Virus record (IMG/VR): IMGVR_UViG_3300031754_000002
Location: 1-64,000 of that record
DNA from: a virus
Direction: 5' to 3' (one strand)
DNA: 64,000 nucleotides
Numbering within the stretch: position 1 is the first letter of the stretch; each line of letters starts with the position of its first letter. Made by a program: the position numbers and the translations under genes. The notes beneath the pieces are model-generated. The model saw nothing but the letters and a program-made list of their open reading frames with translations. It ran no database searches and was not told the DNA's origin. Below, piece after piece: positions 36,134-46,059 of this stretch.

Positions 36134-36757
36134 TTAGGTCAGGAAGACAAGCGGCACTTTTTCAGTCGCTTTACCTTCGATCGTGATTTCAGTTGCCGCT
36201 TCCCCGGCGCCTTTCTGTTCCAATTCGACAGCGAATGCTTCCGGCGCCCCCGTGAACCATTCATACTGCACGCCGGTTTTGCAGGCGAAACCAACCAGTG
36301 TCTCGATCGTGGTCGCTTCGACCGTCAACCCAGCCCATATGTAGCCGAACGGCGCGTTGGTGGTCGTGACAAGCACCGATTTTTCGAGTTCGACCGTCAG
36401 CGCTTTCGAGGCTACGATTTCCACTTTCGCCACTTTGCTCTGAGCAAGCAGCAAACCTTTGCCTTTGGGTTTCGAGGCGCCCCCGTATAGCGACACGAAC
36501 GATTCGACACCCGTTTTGCCCGCCGTGGCACCAACGAGAACAGACACCTTCGAGATGATGTCGCCATATTCCACCGGGATCGGGACGAACACACCTTTTT
36601 TCGTCGCGGCTGTCGCCTGATCCGTCAACAGGTTCAGCGAGGTGTAGTAGAGGTTGCTCCGTGCCGGAATGTTGCTCTGCGTAGCGTTCGAGACACCCCC
36701 AAGGATGCGGTCCAGCGGGCTGTACTGTGGCCAGCGGCCACCCATAAGATCGGTCAT
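36134..36757 (-). CDS. Capsid-associated (decoration-like) protein
   Basis: Directly downstream of the major capsid gene; AAAGGAG RBS. Confidence 0.65.
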   Translation of the reverse strand: MTDLMGGRWPQYSPLDRILGGVSNATQSNIPARSNLYYTSLNLLTDQATAATKKGVFVPIPVEYGDIISKVSVLVGATAGKTGVESFVSLYGGASKPKGKGLLLAQSKVAKVEIVASKALTVELEKSVLVTTTNAPFGYIWAGLTVEATTIETLVGFACKTGVQYEWFTGAPEAFAVELEQKGAGEAATEITIEGKATEKVPLVFLT

Positions 36758-36890
36758 TCTGCAGCTCCTTTGAGAGGCGACCCCTTGGGATCGCTGTTTC
36801 ACCCTTGCGGTTGAGGGTCGCCTTACTAGTCGTAGGTTTGTTTTTCACGACGGGAGGGAGCCAGCCATTGCCGACCCCCTCCCTGCCTGA

Positions 36891-39433
36891 TTAGATCGTC
36901 GGCGCGTACACCGATGATGTGAATTTGATCGTCGTGCCGATGCCAGCGCCGACAGGCGGGGCGAAGCCCGTCCCCGACGCAATTGCTAGCGACTGGCCGT
37001 AGCGCATCAAAAACGCGTAGTACGAAAAGACCTGGAAGCGAATCTCCAGTGTCCCGGACAGTACCTCGCTGAGTGCCCGCGTACGCAGCAGACCCTCAAA
37101 CAGCCATGCGTCGTCGAACTTCGCGGCCAGCGCAATGTCGGCTGTACCGGCGCCTGGCACTCCTTCTTTGTCTTTCGTCGGGATGTTCGCGTCAACATAA
37201 ACGTTGTGCGGGCCGAACGGCAGTGAAGCGACAAGCCCCTCTGCGGGATCTTCGCCAGCGCCGTACAGCGCGTCGATGTTGAACGGACCGAAGTCCGAAC
37301 GGTTAGCCAGCACACGGCCAGCCTTCCCTTCCAGACCATCCAGCTGTGTCCCGAACCAGTACCAACGGCGCGGGTTCGTGACCACATGCACGTTCTGCAC
37401 GCTGAACCGGGTTGTGGCGATCTGCGACACCATCGCCGCCATCGCCATGTTGAACGCCTGACCAACTGGGGCTGCTTCTTCCCAGTTGACTTCGTTTGCC
37501 TTCCAGTTCGACGCCGGGTACAGACCCTTAATCAAACCAGCGTTCAACGCACCAGTGTTCGTGCCCGGTGCTGTAAGAACTTCCCTGTCGAGCTGACGGT
37601 TGAAGTCAGCGATTAGATCCTCCATGATCGCCTCGTCCAGGTGGTACGGCGACTGCTCCAAAAGCTGGATAGCGATGTCGCTCTGGCCCGCCAACGTCTT
37701 CACGTTCGCGGTCACAGCTTCATCCGTCCAGTCCTTTTCTTCCACGGGCGCCGAGTCCGCTGTCTGCGGGCGAACCGCAGTCAGTTCCTTCAGCTTCGGC
37801 AGGTTGATGCTATCCGTGCCCTCCGGGAGTGCCATCCTACGACACAGGTCCGCAGTGATTCTACCGGCACGGAGACCCTTGACGAACTCTTTCATCCAAA
37901 GCGGCGGAACAAAGACGATGTGTTACCGCGCGAACCTGCTAGACTATTAGGGTGGCTCACCAACCGACTCCACTACAAGCCGCCTGGTTCGCCGGACTCT
38001 TTGAGGGCGAGGGTTGCATCTCTATCGAGAAGAATGGGGCCGTCGGCCTAACGGTCAAAATGACCGACCGGGATGTCATCGAGCGTGTCAACGCTCTCTT
38101 CCCCTGCAACAAGATCGGCGTAATCGATCCGAAGCCAATGCGACCTCACTACAAGCAGCCGAAGCGCGCTTATACTTGGCGCATACGTAAGCCGGATACG
38201 GTTCGGGACATACTCGAACTGATCCTGCCCTATCTCGGGGAGCGGCGCAGCACTAAAGCTATAGCCCTGCTAACTCACCTCGATACTCGGCCTGGTACCG
38301 GCGGCACCCACCGCGCGAGGACCCATTGCGCCAAGGGGCATGAATACAGCCCCGAGAACACCTATGTGAATCCCGCCAATGGCTACCGTAGCTGCCGCAC
38401 TTGCCAACGAGCATCGGCAGCAGCCCACCATCGCGCGCACCGTGACGAGCTGAATGCCCGTCAGCGGATACCAGGTGGTCGCGGTCCCTACAAAAAACGC
38501 TCTGTTTCCTAGTCTGTGTTTTTCCTAGTCTGTGTTTCGCGTGGGCTAGGTCATTTCTGCCTAGCTCTTGCGGTTTACCATCCCGCAAGACCGGACTATA
38601 TCTTCACCCTCAGATGTAGGGTGCAACGGTATCTAGTCTCTACGGCGCCCGCAGTACTTCGCGGTTCCCTCGGTATTAGCCGGTACTTCCCTTTTGGTGG
38701 CCTTCACCGATATCCCGTTGAGTTTGCCTGGCGCTTACGCGGCCAGGAGGGCCCTTGACCCGCCTTGTCCCGGCAACCGGTTAGGGTTGACGCGCTGCTC
38801 TTCCACTGCCTGGCGGACGAACGGATCGCCTTCCAGACCATGCGCACGGATACCCAACGGTCCTGACAGGTCACGGGTGATACCCCGCTCTGCCCGGTCC
38901 ATCTCCTCAAGCGTGCGAACTTCCTGTCGCTTGACGATCTCGGGGATCTCCACCCGCATCTCCGTCGTGTGTTTGTCGATGCGCTCCTCGCACGACGGGT
39001 CATTCAGGGTCGCCCGAACTCCAGGGAGATCCCTTGCTGCGAGATCACGGAAGAACGAGTGCCCGTTACCGCGTTCGTACGTCAGTGGCTCTTTGACCAC
39101 TTCGATACGCTCGCGTGCCTCCGGCCGTGAAGCCTCCTGCGCGTCTGCTTCCCTGCGCGCAAGCAGCTCCTCCTCGTCGATCCGGCGGTCTAGCGTTTTG
39201 ATCTCCGCCATCCGCTGGTCGTGTGCTGCCTCGAACGCGCCTTCGTCAAGCGCGAACTGTGAACGCTCATCCTCCGTAACCTCGTCGGCCTTGCGGCCCT
39301 CGAAGGTCTCGCGCTCTTTACGACGAGCAGTCAACGCTACTGCTGCAGCATCGACTAGATCCTTGCGTTTGTCCTGCAACTGCTCAAGGATCGTACGCTC
39401 CTCGGTCACTACCTCCTCTGTATCAGCGTCCAT
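36891..39433 (-). CDS. HK97-fold major capsid protein, two exons (39433-38758 and 37915-36891), 566 aa spliced
   Basis: Joining gives ...PGQGG-FFVPPLW...; coiled-coil delta domain, INLPK, VKTLAG, EVLSGTLEIRFQ. Confidence 0.9.
37916..38757 (-). ncRNA. Group I self-splicing intron
   Basis: 5' exon ends in U in P1 GGGUC/GGCCC; core motifs ATATCGGTGAA, AATACCGAG, GTAGAGACTA, GAAGATATAGTCC; terminal G; removal restores the frame. Confidence 0.9.
37952..38512 (+). CDS. Intron-borne LAGLIDADG homing endonuclease with C-terminal Zn-finger, antisense to the intron
   Basis: AWFAGLFEGEGCI; RTHCAKGHEYSPENTY...CRTC. Confidence 0.88.
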   Translation: MAHQPTPLQAAWFAGLFEGEGCISIEKNGAVGLTVKMTDRDVIERVNALFPCNKIGVIDPKPMRPHYKQPKRAYTWRIRKPDTVRDILELILPYLGERRSTKAIALLTHLDTRPGTGGTHRARTHCAKGHEYSPENTYVNPANGYRSCRTCQRASAAAHHRAHRDELNARQRIPGGRGPYKKRSVS

Positions 39434-39573
39434 AAGACGCCTCCTTTGTGTGATGCCCACTGAGGGCTTTTACTGGCCCCCAGGCGATGCTCGACCAGCG
39501 CGAAGGCTCACACCCGGCGATCAACGGGGTGTGAGGCAACGCTCGGGCAGAACGTCAACGCGGGTTTACTGCA

Positions 39574-39645
39574 TGGCGGAGCTGTGACTCGAACACAGTC
39601 CCTCGGCTTATGAGGCCGAGATGGTAACCCTTCCACCACTCCGCT
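39574..39645 (-). tRNA. tRNA-Met(CAT), initiator-like
   Basis: AGCGGAG/CTCCGCC+A with A1xC72 mismatch; TCGGC-CTCATAA-GCCGA; CTGTG-TTCGAGT-CACAG. Confidence 0.85.
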
Positions 39646-39651
39646 ACGACA

Positions 39652-40365
39652 CTACTGTCCTCCGAAAACCTGCGACCATTCCTCCGTACCTTCCGGAGCC
39701 ACGGAGATGTATCCGTTCGGTGCAAGCTCAAACGGTTCGGTGACGCTCGACCGCCAAGACATCTGCGTCGGGTTCACCAACTGTGGGTACCCGAACCATG
39801 CGGGGAGCGCAAAGTCTGCAACCCACACATCACCGATCTGATACCCGCAGCCCTGCACGGGGTCGCCGACCTCCACGATGACCTTCTGTTTCTTCGCCGG
39901 GTTGATGACCGTACGCACCGATCTGGTCACATTGGGATCTACACACATCTCGCATGCCTCGTGGCTCAGCACTTCCCCTGGATGCTCATTGGCTTCCATC
40001 GTGGTCTTCACAAACACCTTCGCCAACGGTGTTTCGGGTGCGTCAGCCCTCAACCCACGCGAGGAGTGCATGGACGCTTTCTTCGGTCCAGCGGACTGCG
40101 CGTCGAATGCCCGGTCTTCGTGATAGCCCAAGGCTCCCTGCTGGTCACTCGTGTCCAGCAGTTCGATATGCCATGTGCCTGCCGGTAGCGGCTCACCCTT
40201 CGGGATGAACTCTGCACTCGCGGGGGCCGATAGGCCCTGCGTCACCCAGCATGACGCACCATATTCCGTGGTCAACTGTGTGTTCAACGCTGCTACCACT
40301 ATGGCTGCGCGCTCATCGGTCATCACGGTTGAGAGGTTCTGCACGGTGATCTTTACGGGTTCCAT
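39652..40365 (-). CDS. Putative zinc metallopeptidase-like protein
   Basis: ALGYH, VLSHEACEMCVDP, EVGDPV. Confidence 0.65.
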   Translation of the reverse strand: MEPVKITVQNLSTVMTDERAAIVVAALNTQLTTEYGASCWVTQGLSAPASAEFIPKGEPLPAGTWHIELLDTSDQQGALGYHEDRAFDAQSAGPKKASMHSSRGLRADAPETPLAKVFVKTTMEANEHPGEVLSHEACEMCVDPNVTRSVRTVINPAKKQKVIVEVGDPVQGCGYQIGDVWVADFALPAWFGYPQLVNPTQMSWRSSVTEPFELAPNGYISVAPEGTEEWSQVFGGQ

Positions 40366-40377
40366 TGAGTCCTCCAG

Positions 40378-41649
40378 TTATGAGACGCGTGGCGCCAGAA
40401 GTTCGAGTGTACGCCATGGCTGTTCCCACAGCACACCCATCGTGCCATTGAGTTCCCCGGTGAACACTGTGAGCGTCGGGTCAGTCCACGCTTCCCGGAG
40501 CACCGTAGCGAGCGCTTTTTCGCCGGGTTCTTCACCGAACACGTACTTTTTGAAGTAGCTGCTGCCATTCAGCGGGTTGATGCCGCCACCCTGACCGCCA
40601 GTAATATCGTAGGGAGTGAACAGTGTGCGGGGGTCGGCCATGTTGAAGTTCACGCCGCCGCCCTGATCGGTCACGACATAGCCGTATTCGCGGCCCGCTT
40701 CATAGATCGCTGCTGCCAACCGGCCAGTGATACCCTGTTCGGACGCAGTTGATGTTTTGGGCCACGCGAACCACGAACCCTCCGGCACACCGTCAAACGA
40801 GCCTTTCCCTTCTGGCCCTTCAGTCGTGTACGCCGGGTTTGGCGTCACTTCATCTTCAAGGGTTTCGTGCGTGTTCTTTTTCGGGCTACTGTCGTTATGT
40901 GTGGCGGGTGCAACATGTTCGTTTAGCGTAACCTCGATGCTGAGGTTCAGCGCGTGTTCGATTTTCCCGCCGCGCGCCACCTTCACAAGGTCCAGCATCG
41001 TGATCGCACCTGAGACGTAAGAGAGATGCGACGCCGACACCTGACCCGTTTCCGCAGGACAGATGCCATTCCATTTCGAGGCTTCGGGGATGTGAACGCC
41101 GTAGCCGAACTTCCATTCGCCTTTGTGGGCACCAGCTAGGAACGTGCCGAGCCGGTGCATTTCCCAAAGCTCATCCGTCGCCGGACACCAGATGACCGCC
41201 ACACCATCGCTGCCGAGCGCCTGTATGCGCCCCTTTGGGACCGCCGACAACGTTGGCAGCGGGACCGCATTGAAGCCTTCCTGGATGTGTTCGTTGAATT
41301 CGCCCGTCCTGAGCGTTTCTTCCGCCCCGCCTTCTTCGACGAGCCATATCTTCACGCGCGGCTGCTGGTAGGGGACGACCCATATCGGGACCGAGAAGTT
41401 CTTCCCGTTGATGAACGGGTAGGCGCCTTCGGCCGCGCCGCCGTAGCCGAGCCCCGCGTAGCCGTAGAACGTGCCAGCCTTGGCCGCGCGGTTGTAATAC
41501 ATCTGGTTGGCGAGCTTCCCCACGCGTTCTTCGGAGACTGCTTTTTCGGCGCGGGCGAGGACTGTCGCGTTCGCCCGGAAGATACTGGACGCACTGACCA
41601 AGCTCTGCCGCCTCGGCAACACAAGGCCGGATGCGGCAATGCCCAGCAT
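40378..41649 (-). CDS. Virion-associated or secreted protein of unknown function
   Basis: IEHAL, PEG, YGYVVTDQGG motifs; in operon. Confidence 0.6.
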   Translation of the reverse strand: MLGIAASGLVLPRRQSLVSASSIFRANATVLARAEKAVSEERVGKLANQMYYNRAAKAGTFYGYAGLGYGGAAEGAYPFINGKNFSVPIWVVPYQQPRVKIWLVEEGGAEETLRTGEFNEHIQEGFNAVPLPTLSAVPKGRIQALGSDGVAVIWCPATDELWEMHRLGTFLAGAHKGEWKFGYGVHIPEASKWNGICPAETGQVSASHLSYVSGAITMLDLVKVARGGKIEHALNLSIEVTLNEHVAPATHNDSSPKKNTHETLEDEVTPNPAYTTEGPEGKGSFDGVPEGSWFAWPKTSTASEQGITGRLAAAIYEAGREYGYVVTDQGGGVNFNMADPRTLFTPYDITGGQGGGINPLNGSSYFKKYVFGEEPGEKALATVLREAWTDPTLTVFTGELNGTMGVLWEQPWRTLELLAPRVS

Positions 41650-42642
41650 CTATGTCCACCCAACCGACATCGGAAGTACGATTGTCGTGGTACCTAGAAC
41701 GCCAGCTTCCGCTAGTTCTTTTGGACCCCCCGCTTCTTTGAACGCCGCTTCACTGAACGTTTTCGCGCCATTGAGCGCCAGTTTCGTTAGGCCCGACGCC
41801 CCGTTATAGAGAGCACTCGGCACAGCGCCATATGTTGCTTTCTGGAGCGCGGTCGAGTTGCAGAATTTGATCGTCGCATTATCCGCCCCGATACCAACGA
41901 GGATTAGTTCACCGGGTTCCCATTCTTTGGCATCTTTGCGTTCCAGAGTAGCGACCAGCTCGGGGAATTCTTTTTCTTTTGGTTCATACAATTCGGTGCC
42001 ACTTGACACCGCGAGACATGTGTAAACGGCGGCTTTGGCGACCCCGCAGTCATACGCCCAGGTCCGCACATGGCCGCTCACTGATTCAAAGACCATGTAG
42101 ACCCGCAGTTTTTTCGCTTTCACCGGCACGACAAACAGCTCGTAATACACCTGCCACTGGGTGGGAGCGAACGCGCCTATGACCTTTGCGTTACCCGTGA
42201 TCTCTGGATAACAATGGCGGGTCATCGCCTCGATGCTCGACGGGCCGACTTCTCCCGTGGTCCCTTTCGGCCCTTCCGGGCCAGTAGCGCCCGTTTCGCC
42301 CTTCCCGACAACCGCGAGGAATTTGCCTGCTTCCTTGGCGATGATCGTAACGATATATTCCTTTTCGCTGCCCGTCGCAAACGTCGGTTCCGTGCCGATC
42401 CAGGACAACCCTTCAAACGTCAGCGCATAGCCAGCAGCCCCCGTGTTGACGACCACCTGTGCGATATATGGATAGCCTGGCGCATTTTCCGGGGCTGTGA
42501 ACGTCAGCGCGCCAGTAGCTTTCGCCGTAAAGAAGTTGCCTTCGGCCAGGTTCAACGCGTGCGAACCCGAGACATTCCCCAATGCCTTGAGACTCCGTTT
42601 TTCCACCGACACCGGCAGTTCGATCGGATTGCGGACAGCCAC
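41650..42642 (-). CDS. Fibre-like protein with short collagen-like G-x-y tract
   Basis: GKGETGATGPEGPKGTTGEVGP; N-terminus MAVRNPIELP. Confidence 0.65.
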   Translation of the reverse strand: MAVRNPIELPVSVEKRSLKALGNVSGSHALNLAEGNFFTAKATGALTFTAPENAPGYPYIAQVVVNTGAAGYALTFEGLSWIGTEPTFATGSEKEYIVTIIAKEAGKFLAVVGKGETGATGPEGPKGTTGEVGPSSIEAMTRHCYPEITGNAKVIGAFAPTQWQVYYELFVVPVKAKKLRVYMVFESVSGHVRTWAYDCGVAKAAVYTCLAVSSGTELYEPKEKEFPELVATLERKDAKEWEPGELILVGIGADNATIKFCNSTALQKATYGAVPSALYNGASGLTKLALNGAKTFSEAAFKEAGGPKELAEAGVLGTTTIVLPMSVGWT

Positions 42643-42643
42643 C

Positions 42644-42817
42644 CTAGCCTCCCGCACGCGCTTCGGCGCACGCCTCATCAACGAGCTGCGCCACCCGGCC
42701 AAAGTTCGCTCGGTAAATCGCCACGTCCCCCATAGGCTCCTCGCTGACTATCTCACCCTCCGGGTTACGGCGCACGCCGATGAGCTGGCCCACGATCTTG
42801 AACGGCTCAAGCGGCAT
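42644..42817 (-). CDS. Small hypothetical protein
   Basis: GGAG RBS; fills the operon gap. Confidence 0.5.
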   Translation of the reverse strand: MPLEPFKIVGQLIGVRRNPEGEIVSEEPMGDVAIYRANFGRVAQLVDEACAEARAGG

Positions 42818-42882
42818 CTCCGCGACCGGGCTCTTAGCCTTGCGGGGCGACCGGGCGTTCGGCCTGCCCGTATGCGGCTGGC

Positions 42883-44451
42883 TCATTCTGTTATTCCGAT
42901 CCCTCTACTGTCGTTTATCAACGAATTGATGAGCTTTTTCAGCTCGTTGACCGCTTTGTTCGTCTTGTTCAGTTCAGTGTCGAGTTCTGTCACGAGGGCG
43001 ACTGTGATCGTCGTCGAAAGTTCCGGTTCGGCATGGGTGCGGGCGGCCGTGGCGTACGTCTGTGTGTATTTCGCCGCACGTTCGACAGGTGCCACGCCAA
43101 ACAGGCCGATGGCTTTTTCGCTAATCCTGAAAATGCTCGTCTTAGTCTGCGCTCCGATGTGGAAGGTCTGGCCGGGCGTGAAGTTGAAGCCCGTGTCGCC
43201 TTTGACGGTGCCTGTGAGGAAGCCGCCCGTGGAGTTCGAGACGAACCACTTGGCGTTACCGGTCACGTTGTGGATCTGCGCACTGAAGGCGCTGCTTTCC
43301 GCTGACCCGACCAGGAGGATCGGGTCGAGGTTGCGGACGCCGCCGAACAGTTCGAGCAGCGGCGTGACGGAGACCGGTGTTGCAGCCCCGATCACGACCT
43401 GTTGTTCCGTAGCTGGCGCTAGCCCCACGGCCTTTTCTGAGAGCCGCACGAGGGAGGTCTTAGTTTGCGCGCCGAAGTGGAACGTCTTCCCGGGCGTGAA
43501 GTTGATGCCCGTATCGCCCTGGACGGTCCCAACCAGGTATTGGTTGGCCGCGTTGCACACAAACAGCTTGAACTGGCCGCTCGCGTTACGCCAACGCGAA
43601 GAGTGCGAGGTCGAGGTGCCCGAGCCAACATCAAGGATCGGATCGATCGTCGAGGTCCCCGAGTAGACGACGAATAGCGGGCCCGCTTCTGGCGCTTCGA
43701 GCGCGCCGATCACGACCTGTCCCGCCCCCTGCGCGACGGCGAGCGACGCCGTCGAGTGCGTCCCGTTGACCTGTATCGAGGTCAGCGCTTCGGAGTCGTC
43801 ACGAAAGCTCTGGCCGGTCACCGCTTCCTTATTGACGCCGATCCCGACCGCCCAGTGCGCAGCGGCGGTAGTATGGCCGATCTGTAGCCCGCAGCCAGAA
43901 TCAGCTGTCCCGACCGGGTGCAGCCAGATACCACGGGTGCTAGACGCACCTTCTTTGTTGTAGATGCCGGCTGTTTCCGTCTCGTTGTCGCAGACCGTCT
44001 CGTTACCCACCGCGACACCTTCCGCAGATTCACGACGGCCGCTTGCGAAGATGCCCTGCCCCGACCGCGTGGATACCGCCGAGGATCGGCCGATGAAATA
44101 GCCACCAATCCCGTCAGCGTGTGACGCCGCCCCAACATACGTGCCATCCGTGGACGCGCCTCCAAACACGCCGATCGCCTGTGCTTGCGAGCCAGCTACC
44201 GCATGAGTGACCCCCGCGAGGGCCGCCAAACCATCGGCACCGTCCCCCGTAAACGCAGATTCTAGGATTTTGGTGGTACGCGACGCCTTTGCCGCCGTCC
44301 CGAAAGCTTCATCAGGAGCCGCCGCTTTACCCAAGCTGATCGACAGATTGCGCTTAGGCGAAGCCTGGAAGATATGCACTTCTTCGCCCGTTTCAAGCTG
44401 ACCACTAGTTATCACCGATGATGGCAGTTCAGCCGGGTTGCGCACCGCCAC
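42883..44451 (-). CDS. Fibre/spike-like protein with internal duplication and C-terminal coiled coil
   Basis: Two copies of GTV.GDTG.NFTPG.TFH.GAQTKTS; N-terminus MAVRNPAELP. Confidence 0.7.
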   Translation of the reverse strand: MAVRNPAELPSSVITSGQLETGEEVHIFQASPKRNLSISLGKAAAPDEAFGTAAKASRTTKILESAFTGDGADGLAALAGVTHAVAGSQAQAIGVFGGASTDGTYVGAASHADGIGGYFIGRSSAVSTRSGQGIFASGRRESAEGVAVGNETVCDNETETAGIYNKEGASSTRGIWLHPVGTADSGCGLQIGHTTAAAHWAVGIGVNKEAVTGQSFRDDSEALTSIQVNGTHSTASLAVAQGAGQVVIGALEAPEAGPLFVVYSGTSTIDPILDVGSGTSTSHSSRWRNASGQFKLFVCNAANQYLVGTVQGDTGINFTPGKTFHFGAQTKTSLVRLSEKAVGLAPATEQQVVIGAATPVSVTPLLELFGGVRNLDPILLVGSAESSAFSAQIHNVTGNAKWFVSNSTGGFLTGTVKGDTGFNFTPGQTFHIGAQTKTSIFRISEKAIGLFGVAPVERAAKYTQTYATAARTHAEPELSTTITVALVTELDTELNKTNKAVNELKKLINSLINDSRGIGITE

Positions 44452-44452
44452 C

Positions 44453-44752
44453 CTAAACCTCCCTGACCGTCAACACGCTATTCGCCGCCGTAGCAATCGC
44501 GTTTACTGAGCCCGTCCACACCATCGGCCCCACCATCCCATTCCACGAGCCACCACCCGACGCCAAGAAAATCCCCTGTTTCAACACAGCCGCCCCACCA
44601 AGTTCCAGGTAGATCGACGCTGTAGACGCGTTCACGAGTTCCAGACCCTCACGAGCCAGGTTTTCAGCCACGACCGCCGTCGATGCTCCTTCCACTTCGA
44701 CTTTCGGCCCCGCACTCGTCAGAATGTTGGCTTTGTTACCCGTGTCAGGCAT
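44453..44752 (-). CDS. Small beta-sandwich virion (decoration-like) protein
   Basis: Follows the capsid paralog; REGLELVNAS..IYL. Confidence 0.6.
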   Translation of the reverse strand: MPDTGNKANILTSAGPKVEVEGASTAVVAENLAREGLELVNASTASIYLELGGAAVLKQGIFLASGGGSWNGMVGPMVWTGSVNAIATAANSVLTVREV

Positions 44753-44754
44753 GA

Positions 44755-46059
44755 CTAGTATTCCGCACTCACTTCTAGTCCACTGCCTTCCATATAGGCA
44801 AGGCCCGTCGGATAACGATGCAACGCTGCCGCATAGCCATGAAGCTGGAACCGTGCCTGCAACGTCCCGGACAGAACCTCCTTGAACACGCTCGTATGCT
44901 TCGGCGACTCGAACAACACACTGTCGGTCGGACGTGCGCACACAATCACGTCGCGGTTTTTCCCTGCCCCAAGAGTCGCAGGAATCGCATCTGACAAAAA
45001 TGTCGGCCAGCCAAGGATCGGGGGAGCGACAGCAGGCCGCGAGTCATCGAACGTGTACGCCACGGGAGGGAGCGCTTGATGCCCAGGAACCGCGAGAGGG
45101 AGGTTCTGCAAATCCTCAGCACCCCCGAGATAGCACCAGCGAGCGGTCCGCATCAACCACACCTCCGGCGGACAGTTCCGTGCATCCCCCAGCTTTGCCG
45201 CGACCTGCGACAGCGCAGCGAACATTTCATAGCCCTGTTTACCCGTGTACTGCACTACCGACACGCCACCCGCACCGGTAGTGAGATTCAGCACACCCGC
45301 GATTCGCTGGTTCGCTTTCCCCGTGCCAGTAAACAGCGACTCCTCAAGCCTGCGGTCATAGGACTCCAACAGGTCCTTCAACACCACTACATCCAAGGCG
45401 GCAGTAGCCGGTGATTGTTCAAGCTGCTGCATCGAACAATCCGCCTGCCCCGCGAACGTCTCACACCACGATTCAACCGCCGCATCCGTGAAGTCCCGTT
45501 CCGGCGCAGGCGTGACATCAGATACTCCCGGCGCGTGAGTGCCTTCCACGATACGCGGCAGGTTCACTTCAACCACGCCCGTCGGCAAATCGAAAGTAGG
45601 GATCATGCTCGCGTAAACCCGCTTGGCCCTCGCGGCAGTGGCAAAATACTCATTGGCCCACCACGGCACCCCAAAAAACTCGCCACCAGTGACACGGCTA
45701 GGGTTCACACGAAACTCCGCGCCCTCAAGCCTCCGCTGCTGCAACCTTTCACTCTCAACAGCAATCTCTTTGGCGTGACGCTCCAACCGTGCTCTCGCCC
45801 GCTGATCATTGCTGATCTGCGCACGCGCCACGTCCGCGAAGTAGCTTGCCTGCTCCTCGCGTGGAAGATGACCCTGAAAGCGTTCATACACCATCGGCTC
45901 ACGACGTATCTCAACGCGCGGTGAAAGCCGCTGTAGCTCAGCATGGTACGCACGAGCGCTAACAACCGCTTCCGCCTCGATACGTGCCCGGACTTCGGCC
46001 GGGATCGCAGCGCCACGGTCCTCCTCGACAGTCTCGTCAAGCTCTAGCGTGTCGCTCAT
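44755..46059 (-). CDS. Second HK97-fold major capsid protein paralog
   Basis: RVNP...GG.F..P.W, VNLPR, ETFAGQAD.S.Q.LEQSP, EVLSGTLQARFQ shared with 36891-39433. Confidence 0.85.
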   Translation of the reverse strand: MSDTLELDETVEEDRGAAIPAEVRARIEAEAVVSARAYHAELQRLSPRVEIRREPMVYERFQGHLPREEQASYFADVARAQISNDQRARARLERHAKEIAVESERLQQRRLEGAEFRVNPSRVTGGEFFGVPWWANEYFATAARAKRVYASMIPTFDLPTGVVEVNLPRIVEGTHAPGVSDVTPAPERDFTDAAVESWCETFAGQADCSMQQLEQSPATAALDVVVLKDLLESYDRRLEESLFTGTGKANQRIAGVLNLTTGAGGVSVVQYTGKQGYEMFAALSQVAAKLGDARNCPPEVWLMRTARWCYLGGAEDLQNLPLAVPGHQALPPVAYTFDDSRPAVAPPILGWPTFLSDAIPATLGAGKNRDVIVCARPTDSVLFESPKHTSVFKEVLSGTLQARFQLHGYAAALHRYPTGLAYMEGSGLEVSAEY

